DNA from: the human T2T-CHM13v2.0 reference genome, Homo sapiens
DNA: 64,000 bases
Assembly (NCBI RefSeq): GCF_009914755.1
Contig: NC_060933.1
Strand: one strand, 5' to 3'
The position numbers and the translations under genes were made by a program. The notes under the pieces are model-generated. The model did no database searches. It was given only the letters and a program-made list of their open reading frames with translations, and had not been told where the DNA came from. Of this stretch, positions 13,940 through 26,586 are shown one piece after another; within the stretch, counting starts at the first letter, position 1; each line of letters begins with the position of its first letter.

Positions 13940-14980
13940 ATGTAAGCTATCTTCACTAATATATTTTCTGTTTAAAATTTAAAAACTCTTTAAAATTCCT
14001 AGATTAATGCAATAAGTTGATACTTTAACAAATGTTCATCTATTCAAAGTTTATCCAACAAATTTCTTTTGGATATTCAGAATAAAATACTCTAAATAAC
14101 TTTTAAACTGTAGTTATTTATGCTTTCAAGAAGCACAGACAGAATAAATTTACTTAGGAAGTTTAGGCTGAAAGAAATTTTAGAGCTCCACAATAAAATC
14201 AAGCAAATATAAATGCTGAGCTGAAGACTATGTTACACTTTAGGGAACTATGCTGGGACCATAACTTACCAAACATTGGTCATGTGTAGTTTATAGCCTT
14301 ATAAAAATCAGAACTAAACTAAATTAAAGTAAATGCATTTAACAGTGCTATACGGTGGACTTCCTCCCTTTAATTTCTGTGAAATACTTTTCATCCATAT
14401 GGTACAGTTCTGTCTAGAAGAGAACTAATAAGATTACGGTGAATCTCTCTAGGTTTTCAGATAATTTCTTCTTTGAAATATCTAGTTTGTCTTCAGAAAT
14501 TAATGAAAAGGGACACTTTTTTCTGTTACTATAATTTACTTATAACTTCAGCCTCACAAAATAGGCATTCAGTTGGAGAAATCTGAAGTGATATTTTATC
14601 TTCAAAAGTAGTTTTCAAGTGTAAGGATTAACTTTTTTAAGTTTCTAGCTTTTAAGCAAGCATGACAGCCAACTGACAGAGTTTCACTGCTCCCAGGGAA
14701 AGGTGGGCAGGAGGGTGAGCAGCAACAAAAATAAGCTTCGCTTAAGACCATATGACCCTAGTTTAATGTATGTTTTATATTAATTCATGAACATATATGT
14801 TATACAATGTATGAGTTCAAGTTTGTGTCATGCAAGAAACTGTTACAAATAAATACCAAATCAACAGTATTTGTCTAAAAAATGCAACCCATTTAGTTTT
14901 TTAAAATCCACATAACTGTTTCTCTCTTTTGATAAACTCTTCCTTCACCCACTCCCATTTCACTACTGTTCTCTCTAAAG

Positions 14981-15310
14981 CAGTGATGTCAAATAGAAAT
15001 ATAAGCAAGCTGCAAATACAAGGAGCAGATGTAACTGTAAACATTCCAGTAGCATCATTAAAAAAGTACAACGAAAGAGGTAGAATTAATTTTAATAATA
15101 TATTTTATTTAACTCAATATATCTAAAATATTATTTCAATGTGTTACATTCTGTTTTTCATACTAAGTCTGAAATGGAGTGTGTATGTTACAATGTAGGA
15201 CAACCCAAATGGAATGTAGTGTATCTATGAGAACAACTCAAATAGAATTAGCCACATGTCAAATACTGTATAGCCATATGTAATTAGTGACTACTATATT
15301 GGATTGTATA
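14981..15310. mobile_element. MER33 hAT-Charlie DNA transposon
   Basis: CAGTGATGTCAAATAGAAATATAA..., AATTAATTTTAATAATATATTTTATTTAACTCAATATATC, TAGCCACATG...CTACTATATTGGA. Confidence 0.85.
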
Positions 15311-15669
15311 TATCTAGATAAATGATTAAAGAAATTTGCTCATTTTGGATAATAGAAGGAAAACTAAAGAAGAAAGATCAATCTTCAAAAATACAAGATT
15401 TTTGTAGCAAGTGAAAGAGAAACAAAATGTATTATTCTGAAGAACAGACATTTATAGAACAGTTGATGGATATCACTTGAATAAAAAAAGAATTGCTTTA
15501 GTTGCTAGTGTTATTCCAGCAACAAAATGGTTTGCACTTAACAAAAATGTAGGAGGAATTCAAGCTAGTCCAAGTATCTAGAAAAAGTAATATCTAAATT
15601 AAAAGTTTAAATAAAAGCTTAACCCTGTCCACTGTGACTGTATTACAGCAAACACACCACCATAACAAG

Positions 15670-15896
15670 TTTTCATAAGCTTTTGGTAGAAACCATGTTA
15701 AGTGTTTTACATCAGGATCTCAATTCTTCATAATTTTAATAAATAACAGCATTCTTTCTGTGTTCTCATGTTGAAGGATCAGTAAACTGAGGTTTCAAGA
15801 GGTTAAGAAAGTAGCCCAAAGGCATATGGATAGTAAGTGGTAGAGCTGCAATCTGAGATTAGGTGCCCTAAATCTTTACCTTTATCCATTTTGCCA
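15670..15896 (-). mobile_element. MIR SINE
   Basis: Core AAACTGAGGTTTCAAGAGGTTAAG..GCCCAAAGG..AGTAAGTGGTAGAGC. Confidence 0.75.
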
Positions 15897-18009
15897 TCAG
15901 AACATTGATTAACTTACAGCACCCTTCTTACATATGACTCTACCTCCTGACCTAAACACACACCAAAGGCAATTTCAAAGACTAGGCATACTACTTCCCC
16001 AGCTTCTTCTATCTTACCCTAAGATGATTTCCAAAACAACCCACTTAATTGTGTGGAACACTTCACTTTCCTTTTTTTCCTCAATTTTAGGTTTTGGGTT
16101 CTCTAGAATTTTATCCCCAGGAGAAATATAAGAAATCCATAATTTAAAAGAGAAGAAAATAAATGTGCACTTAGTGTAACTATAAAATATTTGTGTTGAG
16201 GTTGGATTACATTTAGAGTATTTTAAAAGAAAAGTATCTTCCACTTTAAATATATGCTATTTTGTTTAATGCTGAAAAAAATTCTTAAAAATTAATTGAT
16301 TTATGACTTACTTACTTCGAGTATAATTAGTGTAATTTTATTAAATTTAACACTCGCTTTTAATCCCCCTATTCCAACATTAGATATCAGGTAAACCCAC
16401 TCTCATGAGAATATTAGTTACCTTGTTCTACCTTCATTATTGTCTTTGTGGAGTGTTATAATTATTTTTCTCATAAGTTCATTCTGCACAGTTCTGGTAT
16501 CACCTCCAGCAGTTTGGGAACACATCATTCCTCTTAAAACCCTCCTATAATAATCCATTTATTCTCTTTCCCTTGAGAAACTTACCCTCCTTGTTGTTTC
16601 CAAAGTCAGCCAGCATCCATGACTCTCCTCCTTGCCAGACCTAGGCTACCTTCATCTTGTGGAAAATGTGTAACACATGAAGGCATGGGTTTAAATGTGA
16701 TTCTCGTATAGAATAGAGAGTAGTAAGATAGGAATCTTCTGAGAGAATGAGATGATTGGTTTTAAGAGTTATCTCAAATGACTTAAAATGAATTGTTGTA
16801 CCACAATTACTTAAGCTATGGAAGTCTCATCCTCTTTACATTTTCCTAAGGTATTGTGTTGTTTCTTTTGCTCAAGCCCTTATTATTATTGAAGTGCTGA
16901 GTAAAAATATTAAAAGAATCATATGCTTTCTATTTGTATTTGTTGACATGTCAAACGTTTTGGAAAGGAATGCCTCTCTGCAAACATCCATAGATCCATG
17001 TTACATATGCATCATTTGTTCATAACCTTGAGGTGACAACAGAGGCATCTGAAACATTATCCAATTACACACTCATACCTGATGATAACCCTTCAGTGTG
17101 TGCTTATTATGTAGAAAGAGGCTTTTAATGATGTCTCTATTTTATTTCCCATCAGAGTCGTAAAATATAATGCAAAACCAAATGGTAATGTAGAACTAAG
17201 AGAAAATCAACACTTCAGTCTTGCACTTCTGATAACCTTATCAGCCACATTCACAACAAGACATTAGAGCGCAATAGATGAAGGCATTTTCTGCAACTAA
17301 AATGAATTGCTGTATATTTCTTTTAAGTCTTGTCCTCTGTAAATCGTGTAAGTTGAATATTTCCTCTAACTCAAAATCACGCTTTTACTCTGACAAATTG
17401 CCTTGCAGGTGATTTCTTCATTTCATGAATAATTATTTCATCCCTGATTTTATTGTTACCTAAGTAGGGCAGAGCTTGCTTTATTTTGTTTTTCTTTCTC
17501 AAAGGAATAAAGGAATATCATTCCTTTCTCAAAGGAATGAAACACTATAATTTGTGCTCTTTATTAGCAAAATATGACCTTACATTTTGTAATAGTTGAA
17601 AGGTAAGCTATGCTCACGGTGGGATTGAGGGTCAAGGAGTACAGAATCTTTAAAGATTTAGTATTTTAATGGGAAGAGAATTAGTCTATAAACCTGAAAT
17701 CGAAAATTTATTCAGAATACATTTGCATCTGTTCCCTAAGACTGCATTTCTCACTGTGATCTTTTCTCATTCTGATCTCTTTTAGATAAAAAATGTGTTC
17801 TAATTTAATGGCAGTGACAGAGGAAATTAAATGAAGAAAAATATGTAAATTGTTGCTTAGAGTCTAATGGGACCTTAACATTTAGGGCACATTGAGTAAA
17901 GTGTTCTTCTTTGGACCCCAGAACACTATGCTATAAGAAAAATATATCTGTATTCTGAGTCTGCACCCAGGCAAGATTTTTGGAAGAGCCTTAATGCATG
18001 TATCTTTTA

Positions 18010-18385
18010 GAAATGTGCTCAGCAAAGAAAAATCTCACCAAGGCCTTAAATAAATAAAGAGTGGATTTGTCTTACTCAGAAAAATGTTCAAGAGTAGGCC
18101 ATCCAAGGTGTGTATGAAAGGTTAGTAATGTTATTAAGGGTCTTGGTTTTTATCAGGATCTACCTATGATTTTGGCTCTACCATATGTAATGTGTAGTAC
18201 CCTATCCACGAATATTGCTTTCATCATGAGTTGGATGCTGCACCTCTAGGTGTTATATCCATGTTCCAAGAAATAAGATGATAAAGGGGAGAAAGATCAC
18301 AGGATGCCTACAGTAGAATCTGTTGCTTTAAAAAGGTTTTATAGAAGCATCACCAAATGACTTTCTTATGAATCTTAATGATCCT
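18010..18385 (-). mobile_element. MLT1I/J-like LTR fragment
   Basis: GATGCTGCACCTCTAGG..ATCCATGTTCCAAG and GACTTTCTTATGAATCTTAATG resemble old MLT1 on the reverse strand. Confidence 0.55.
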
Positions 18386-18387
18386 AA

Positions 18388-18413
18388 TATATACATGTGT
18401 ATGTGTGTGTATA

Positions 18414-18445
<32 letters not shown>

Positions 18446-18901
18446 GTATTTTTTCACATGATTATGAGATGGCTCATGTGATTACAGAAGCTGAGACATT
18501 CCATGATCTTCCATCTGCATATTGGAGACCCAGGAAAACCAGTGGTGTAGTCCATAGTCTAAAAGTAAGGCCTAGAGAGCCAGTGGTATAGATGACAAGT
18601 TGAGTCTGAAGACCTGAGAACTAGGAGCACCAATGGCAGAAAATCTATGTCCCAGCACAAGCAGTCAGGCAAAGGGAGGGCGAATCTAATCTTATTCCAC
18701 CTTTTTATTCTATTCAGGCCTTGAAGGAATTGGTTGATGCCCACTCACATCAGGGAAGGTCACCTGCTTTACTCAGCCCGATAATCTAAATGCTAATCTT
18801 TTTCAGAAACACTCTCACAGACATACCCAAAAATAATGTTTAATTAGATACCTGAGCATCCCATGGCTCAGTCAGGTTGACACACCAAATTAATCATCAC
18901 A
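18388..18901 (-). mobile_element. MLT2B ERVL LTR with internal (TA)/(TG) repeat
   Basis: GGCTCATGTGATTACAGAAGCTGAG, GGAGACCCAGGAAA, TGCCCACTCACAT, GTTGACACACCAAATTAATCATCACA end; AT/GT repeat 18388-18444. Confidence 0.9.
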
Positions 18902-18999
18902 CCCTATCTGAGTCACACAGGAGAGATAAGTTATTTATCGACCCAGATTCTGTCATAGAAGAAGGCATGATAAAAGGGATAGCTTTTTAGTAGATTTTT

Positions 19000-19413
19000 T
19001 AGCAGATTGAAATGGCAACCATTTATTATTACTCATGGATTGGGTCAGTAAGCAGCTGTTTTGCTGATCGGGGCCAGGTTCAGCTTATCTCAGCTAGACT
19101 TGCTCACATGTTTAGGGCCTCAGCTCTGCTCCATATGGTCTCTCATTCTCCAGTAAGCTAGCCTGGACTTGTTTTCATGGCTGCTGCAGAGCAGGTTAAA
19201 AGAGAGAGAGAGATAGAAGAAACACAAGATAACCTCTTGAGACCTAGGCTTGGACTTGGTACATCCCTCCTTGTGCCATACACTATAGGCTATGGCAAGT
19301 TCCAAGGCCACCTAACATTCAAGAAGTGGAAAAATACAGTAATATTCGCATCTTGAAAGAAGGAATTGCAAAATTACATTGCAGAGTGTGGTTCACTTTT
19401 GCAATCCGTCACA
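19000..19413 (-). mobile_element. MLT1G/H-like LTR
   Basis: CCATTTATTATTACTCATG, GCTAGCCTGGACTTGTTTTCATGG, CTCTTGAGACCTAGGCTTGGA. Confidence 0.75.
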
Positions 19414-19435
19414 ATATGGACTGAGCTTCCCAACG

Positions 19436-19610
19436 GGGGGATCTAGTCCCAGCTGTGTCACAAACTCATAAAATAACCTCAACTAGTTCATCAAAAGTCT
19501 CTGCCCAGTTTCACTGCTAGTCCAATGAAAATGATAACCCCTATTTTACCTTTCTCATAAACTAGATTTGAATAAATCATATGTAGGAGAGTAACTTTAA
19601 AAGCAAAAAA
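19436..19610 (+). mobile_element. MIR fragment (degraded)
   Basis: TCTAGTCCCAGCTGTGTCAC head and diverged core. Confidence 0.45.
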
Positions 19611-19811
19611 AGAGGTACTGAACTGTTGTAAGAGTTAACTTGCATTAAATTTTGCTAGAGCAAGAGGCATGTTGCATATGTTCCTGATTACCTAGAGAAA
19701 TGTTTTAAAAAATGAAAAAAATCCCGACGCCATTATATCTCTTCCCCACATTTAAGTAGCATATACTTCTGTGAAAGTGTTTCTATTAAAATAAACAGAA
19801 ATAAGTAAGTC

Positions 19812-20003
19812 TAATGGCTTTTCAAATTTTGTATGCTATAGAATCACCTGGAAGTCTCATTAAAACACAGTTTGTTGGGCCTCACAGTTTCTGATTCAGA
19901 AGGTCCAAATTAATCAGGGTTTGGGGATTGAAAATATGCCTTTCTAAAAAGTTCCCAGATATTGCTAATGCTGCTATTCTGGGCCACAATTTGAGAACCA
20001 ATA
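19812..20003. mobile_element. MER5A hAT-Charlie MITE
   Basis: AGAATCACCTGG..TAAAACACAG..TTCTGATTCAG..AAGTTCCCAG..TTTGAGAACCA. Confidence 0.85.
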
Positions 20004-20099
20004 ACAGGCCTGTTTCCTTCAGACTACACATACATGTCTCCTTAGGATGATTCTCATTCTCACTCAAATACCCAGGTTAACAAAGACTCCACTACTAGT

Positions 20100-20308
20100 A
20101 TCTGGTAGAAAGAAAGAAAGATGGGGACTTGCACACCAGCTTTTACATGCTTAGGACTGAGAGTAGAATATGATATTTCTGCTCATGTATCATTAGCAAA
20201 AGCAAGTTGTGAAGCCATATTTAATTATGAAGAACTAGAGAAATAGAATCCTACTTTTCTTAAGAAGAGAACCTTAAATATTTAGAGAAAAGCATTAATA
20301 TCTACTGA
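20100..20308 (-). mobile_element. Old MLT1 LTR fragment
   Basis: TTTCTGCTCATGTATCATTAGCAAAAGCAAGT..GAGAAATAGAATCCTAC. Confidence 0.55.
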
Positions 20309-20369
20309 AAAATTCAAGAGTACTATGTAGCTAAATGGTAATGGAATGGAGGTACAGGAAAAATATTAT

Positions 20370-20970
20370 CTCAAGATGTAGAATTTGTCTTACTTGGAGA
20401 ATGAGTCACTGATAAAAATAAAGCAGGCAGAAGTTGCTTTTAGTAGGAAGATGATAAATTCAATTAAGATATTCTCAGTTTGAAGCAACATCTGTAACTA
20501 AGTGGAAACATTCAACATTTTCTGGGACTTACAGCCCTGCAGAGGTTAGGAATGGAGATGTGGACTTAAGTGTCATTGGGATTGAAGATATAGTTTAAGC
20601 AATAACAATGGATAAAGTCTCTGAATATGAGAATATTAAAATATAAGTACAGAGAGAGCCGAGGACTAAATTTTGGTGGTTTCTCACAACTAGGAAAATT
20701 AGAAGGGGAATAAGAACCAATAAGAAAGTCCAAAAATAAAAAACTAGAGAGATTCTATAGAACCCAAGTATGAAAAGGGTTTCAGGAAAGAAGAGGAAAA
20801 GTGTTACTTACTAGATGCAAAAATGTCCAAGGAGACTAATAACTGGGAAACAATCCTTAAATTTGTCAATTAGTTAATAACTAGTGACCATTGATAGAAG
20901 TTTCAGTAGATTATTAGAATTAAAAGATCAGCATACCACAAGTTAAGAGATTGGGAAAAAGGTATATTCT
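20370..20970 (-). mobile_element. L2 LINE fragment
   Basis: Purine-rich L2 antisense motifs GGAAGATGATAAATTCAA, GGAGATGTGGACTT..GTCATT, TAGTGACC..AGTTTCAGTAGA. Confidence 0.75.
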
Positions 20971-21258
20971 TCAAAGAGAAACTAATTTTTTTACACCTAG
21001 GAAAGTTCACAGACACAGTAAACATTACCCTGCATGAGGAGGAATTGTAAAAATTAACAAATGTGTGAAAAGTTTCAAGGTATGATTGACTTTATTATTC
21101 CCAAGTTTCTAAATGCCAGTGGCCACAAAAGCACCAAAATTTTATAACTGTAAAGTAGCACATAACGTCATTATTAAGTAGGAAGTGGTTATGTTCTTCA
21201 CTTTCAGAAAGTAAAATAGAAAATATACCAATAACTCATATAGTTAGTTTACTTAATA

Positions 21259-21276
21259 ACACACACACACACACAC
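21259..21276. repeat. (AC)9 microsatellite
   Basis: Direct read. Confidence 0.9.
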
Positions 21277-21384
21277 ATACACCCTCAAAGTGGTAGCAAA
21301 ATAAGAAATGGAGCCATGGGTCTTTGAATCTCACTCTAATACTTTACTAGATTATCTTACCTTACCTTAACTTGCATTATACTA

Positions 21385-22042
21385 TGTTCATCAGTTACTT
21401 TTTGTTGTGTAACAAAAACAACCACAAAAATGTCAGTGTGTTATAACAAACATTGATTTCTCACTCTCACACCTGTGGATTGGTTAACAATCCACTCATT
21501 TAGGCTGGGCTTAGTTGGGCTTGATTCCAAGTGAAGGGTGCTGTACAGGTTTGCTTCACCTGCTTTTTGTTCTCCTTAGGCAGGTGCCATGTTTTTGGTA
21601 GTGACATAAGAAGCATAAAACAGCAAACACAAATGCACAAGCACATTTCAAGCACCTACCTCTGTTATGTTCACCATCATTCTATTCGCCAAAGCAAGCA
21701 CATGATCAAATCCACCCTCTATGTGGTAGGGAAGTAGTATCTGCTGCTAGTGGGACGTTTTAAAGAGATATTTCAGAGAAGAGGGATGGTGGTGTGCTGG
21801 AGCCAGCTTGCTCCAACTCATAAAAGCTAATCTCCTCTCAACTCTGCATTCAGGGATATCATATGGATAATCTGAAATTGGCCATGTTATTATTATTTAC
21901 ACCATGCAAATCAACAAATGCTACAAATTAAGGGGGTTGTTTATGTGTTTGTTTTTTAGAGCCAGTTGACAAACATTTGCCAGCACACTTCTAGGAATAA
22001 GTACAGTGAAGAGTAAAAAATTGGGAACATTAATACTATTCA
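21385..22042 (-). mobile_element. MLT1H-like LTR interrupted by MER63A
   Basis: TTGTTGTGTAACAAA..ACCACAAAA, GCACATTTCAAGC, CATTCTATTCGCCAAAGCAAG; resumes after 21993. Confidence 0.7.
21787..21993 (+). mobile_element. MER63A hAT-Blackjack MITE
   Basis: TIRs GTGGTGTGCTGG / CCAGCACAC; internal TGAAATTGGCCATG, ATTTACACCA, ATGCTACAAAT, AGAGCCAGTTG. Confidence 0.88.
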
Positions 22043-22074
22043 TTGATATTTTAGTATTACACATACTCTATACT

Positions 22075-22220
22075 TTTATTTATTAATTTATTCTACTTTA
22101 TTGAGTGGTTACTATGTTATCAGGTAGTAAATACTGTGTTAGCAGGGTGTGAGGATACAGTGATGAGTAAGACTTTAGTTCCATTCTTATGTTTTTTCAC
22201 TGAGAATAGTGGAAGAACTA
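22075..22220 (-). mobile_element. L2 3' end, followed by CA-rich tract 22221-22270
   Basis: TTTATTGAGTGGTTACTATGT..CAGG..GAGGATACAGTGATGAGTAAGAC. Confidence 0.75.
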
Positions 22221-24679
22221 TATACACACACACATACACACACATTCATACACACACATTCACACACACATTGCCAAGTTATTTTAAGTGCAATGATAAG
22301 CAAAATGTACAACACAGTACATGATCCTAGAGGAAAGAAAATTATATTTTTCTACTAAATCCTCAAAATGCTACGAACAGAGTAAGATTTGAAGCCAAAC
22401 ATAGGTCTAAAACATTGGAAGCTCAGAATGTACTGGAAGAGATACCTTGGCATTCCTGTATGCAGGTCTCCATGTAACCGTGACCCTTTGCAGCAATTTT
22501 AATCATCAGTGGCTTTATCCAGTATCTCAATAGCACTAACAGCATGGCTAACAAGAAAATAGCAAGGAATGCTATTTTAATTAGCCTTTATTAAAATAAG
22601 CTATTAAATGAATCCAACTGGATTGGTTTTGTTGCATTATTGTTGTGCTGTTTTATCATAAAATATTTCTGCGATTTTTGTTAGATTCAATCAGCTTTAA
22701 AAGGATTCTACCTATATATGGTTTTCCCATGTTATGGCTTCCCTACTTAACAGCTGTGTAAATTATTTTCAAAGCTGTACAAGAAAATCAGCAAGGGCAG
22801 AAGTGCATTTTGCTTCTTGCTTTAAGACATCCAGTTATGAGCCAGTTATTTAGGAACTTCAATTTGTCAGGTTTGACAACATTGTAATTGATTGTAATAA
22901 TAAAGCCCTTACCAAAAGCTCAATTACTTTCAGGAAATTTGCCTTGTTTTCTTAAGTGTTTTGCAAGTATGATAAGTAGGTTGTGGCGCTTTTCTTGACA
23001 TAAGTGCATAAGAGATATATGATCTCCCTTAGTGCACATAGTGACAAAAGATCAAGCTGTTGGGCTGCAGGCTACAACAAATTGAACCCATTGAATTTCA
23101 GCTGTGATCTAATGCAGTGTTAGGTTTGTTTCAGTCCATTCAAGTGATACCTTTCCATGCAAGTGCCATAACTGTATCCACAAAACTGATCAATGGAGGA
23201 GTGATGTTTCATTATTTAAGTAGGTATTTATTGTTTAAATGGGATAAGCCTTTATTTATTTGCATTACAAATTACTAGGTGGGATTTAAATGATAAATCT
23301 CCAGCTCGAACCACTTTATAAGAGATCTATAACAAAACTTTATAATGCAGTTTCCTATGCTAAACAAAATGGTGTCTAATTTCAATAATTCTAATGAGCC
23401 TATTCAAGTCAGACAAATAAATCAATGAGCAAATTACTGTGACATTTATTTGTATTTAGATTTTTCTAAAAATAACAGATATTGGTGCATAATTTTCCTT
23501 GAATTTTAGTGGTGTATTTGAAATGATAAAATACTACCAATTGACCTTGAGGGATGGCCTTATAATCTGATGCAAAGTAGCAATTTTCTTGCTTGCAAAC
23601 AGTTTCATCCGTGAATACAGGAAATAATTTATTGTATTAACTGCTAATGCTGGATTAAAAACGATAAAAGTTTCATCTGAAACTTCAGTAAATCTCTTAA
23701 GAGTCTCTCTTAATAGGTAAGGGGGTCTAAGCAGATTGTAAAGGTACAAGATACAAAATATTAGGGAGTATTTTCCATAACTATTTGCTACCTTTAAAAA
23801 CTGCAATGCTTTGCACCAATAGCGGCTCTAACCTGCCAGTAGCACTCTTACAGGAAGTCACTAAACCTAAAGAATCTCCCTTCTAAGGAAACATTTTATT
23901 TTTCTAATTTCAGCTCCTAATTCTTGATTTAAAGAATCATACCTTTTTCTTATGCATATACTTTAAGTCCTAAATGCATCTAATATTTATGACATGTGAT
24001 AGGAGGAAACTTCATAATCCTGAATCTACCATTCTGATTCACTAAAATAAGCTGTTTCAGAAAAAGTTGAAGTCTCTTTTCTGGAGAATTACAGGAAGGA
24101 ACAGTGAAATCACTTTTCTAGTGTTTGAAATAGTATTTTTAATTCTGCTACAGCAAGGAGCCAGATAACGCGTTAGTTTCTTTCAAAGTCTGATATGATT
24201 TTATGATTCTATAAAATATACAAAATTATCAACAATTAGGCCACCTGAAAAATGTTTGAATCTAATCATCTAGATATGCACTAAAATACTAAAATAATAT
24301 GCATAATATCAGATAACCTTGATAATTACTTCTTCCATTAAATAAATTTAATCTTTCAAGAAGTCTCCTGTGCTATCTACTTGACTATCGGAAAGGATAG
24401 GAGAGTTGGGTAACAATTAATGAAGCAGTGCCCACCTAGTGGAAAGTTCTAGTCATATTTCATAGGGCTTTCTGTTTTAACTTATTAGCTATGACTATTT
24501 CCACCCCTTTAATCAATGACTTTGCAGTATATATAAAAACATAAGTGAATGGCATTCACCTGGATGCTACAAATAACATGTAAATAATAAACTCAAGATT
24601 CAAAACTAAATAGGCCAAAATATTGGAGAATAATAGGTAAATTAAAACTTTATTAGGAAAAATTAAAATTCATGTGGAA

Positions 24680-25010
24680 AGAAGCATGAGGAAACTTTCT
24701 ATGGTAATAATAATGGATTTAAATCTTGATAGGAGTTTGAATAATATTTTGAACTCAAGTTCCTGGTACACATGCTGAGGTATTTATGAGTGTTTGTGAG
24801 AGTTTTATGCTGCCATTTTATTTAAAATACATCATAAAATAAGACAGTTTTGTGAATGAATAGATGGATGTATAGAAAGATATGTAATAAAGTAAACACA
24901 AGCAAATGTTAATTGTAGAATCTAGGTTGTGTACATGTGGTTATTCACTATATAATCTTTTCAATTTTTCATTACGTTTCAAAAGTTTCCTAATATAAGT
25001 TTGTGAAAAA
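24680..25010 (+). mobile_element. L1ME-type 3' end
   Basis: GCATGAGGAAACTTTCT, GCAAATGTTAATTGTAGAATCTAGGT, ATTCACTATATAATCTTTTCAATTTTTC. Confidence 0.75.
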
Positions 25011-25154
25011 TTTATATGTTTGGTCTTAAACAATATTGAAGAATTCCTGGAACTTAATAGTATTCTAATAAGTTTGTATGGAATAAATGAATAAATAATT
25101 ACATGAATAATTGAATGGTTTAAAAAGTAAATATTAAAAATGGAAAAAGTCTTA

Positions 25155-25503
25155 ATGGCAGCTTGTGTGTAAAATATTCTGGGGTTTTAGGTAACCTATT
25201 ACTTATTTTCCAAGTAATGTACCGAGCCACCAAGGAATCAAACACAATTCCAGATGATAATACAATAAACACAGTGTTCAAATTAAGGGGATAATAGAGC
25301 CATTCTGTTCTGGTCAGAGCATATCTAAATTATTGCATCCTCTTCCAGACACTCACCTTTACAAAATTATAACAGAGAAATGACTACCAAGAGGAGAATG
25401 ACTGGGGAACAGTGAGCTCAAAAATTCAAGCCAGATAGGAAGAAGTTAAATGATGTAGAGATTTTCAAACTGGAGAAGAAAATCCCAGTGAAGAACCTTA
25501 TAG
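25155..25503 (+). mobile_element. L3 (CR1) LINE fragment, RT C-terminal region
   Basis: CTGGGGTTTTAG..., CAGTGTTCAAATTAAGGGG, CTGGTCAGAGCATATCT, CTGGAGAAGAAAA follow the CR1 consensus in order. Confidence 0.7.
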
Positions 25504-25759
25504 TGGATACATTCCCACCATTCCCACTCTAACTCTTTTCACGGTTCTCATTTCAGCTCAGTTTTTAACTATTTCAGAATGCATTATATTACAGTCTTAA
25601 TTTAATTATTTTTAAATAAATATATAATTTATTATTTTGTTTATTTTGCATGTAGTGCCAGGAACCTTATACCAATTGTTGATCTTGGTCTTACTCCTGC
25701 ATGTGCACATACACACATAGACGCACATGCACACACACACAGAGTCTCAATTTTCAGCA

Positions 25760-26230
25760 AGAATCTAAGCCTCTTGAGGGAATGAACTGTGTTTTATATA
25801 TATCTTTGTATTCCTCAAACTCAGCACAATTGTGCCCATTTATTTTATAAACATAGTGAAAAATATTTTTGTGCTAATTACTGCACTGAGATTGGAGCTT
25901 AAAAATTTATTTTAACACCTCCCCCTGCTCATAAACAGCTCATAGTCTAAAATTGGAAATGAACATAAAACCCAATAATACAAATCATTGTAATCAGTAC
26001 AATGACAGGAACATGCATAAAATACTATGGAAACCAATATGACAGTTGCATCTAACATCCCGGAGACGAGTAATGGGAGAAGCAGGAGACCTAAGCAAAT
26101 CTTAAAGGATGCACGGAAATTACCGTTAGTATGAATGTGATGAGAAGAAAAAGAGGAGAAAATCTGTTTTAGAAGACTTCACATTACAGGTAGAGTCGTT
26201 GCATGAGATAAAACATGAGGGAAGAGTGGT
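25760..26230. mobile_element. Two L2 3' fragments tail-to-tail (+ about 25760-25838, - about 25840-26230)
   Basis: CTCTTGAGGGAATGAACTGTG..ATCTTTGTATTCC (+); CCCTGCTC..AGCTCATAGTCTA..AATCTTAAAGGATG (-). Confidence 0.65.
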
Positions 26231-26586
26231 CGTGAAGCAAGGTATGCCAACTCCTTTAGCATACATTTTTGCAAAGAGTATTTGGCTTAGTAATAAAATG
26301 TGTTAAACAAATCTTAATCCTTTCATGCAATCAACTGCTCTAAATTAGGATGTCTCATCAACTAGATGGATTTCAGGATCCACCTAAAACTCTCTCCTGT
26401 GAAAAATAACCAATTCTAGACATTGCAGCTGGTTATTCGGGGGGGGAAAAGGCATTTTTTGAACCAGAATCTTTATTATGATAAATAAATCTATCAACTG
26501 TAGTTGCTGCAACACAAAAGTTATAGCAGTCTCTAATACTATTTACCCAAAGGCAACTTGTCTATTTAGTAATCTGCAAATAGTAT

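Noticed and set aside
22711-22721. CArG box CCTATATATGG
   Set aside because: Seven A/T bases between CC and GG rather than the canonical six.
25760-25900. Tail-to-tail L2 pair as a miR-28/151-type hairpin
   Set aside because: Arms are too diverged to form a long stem by inspection.
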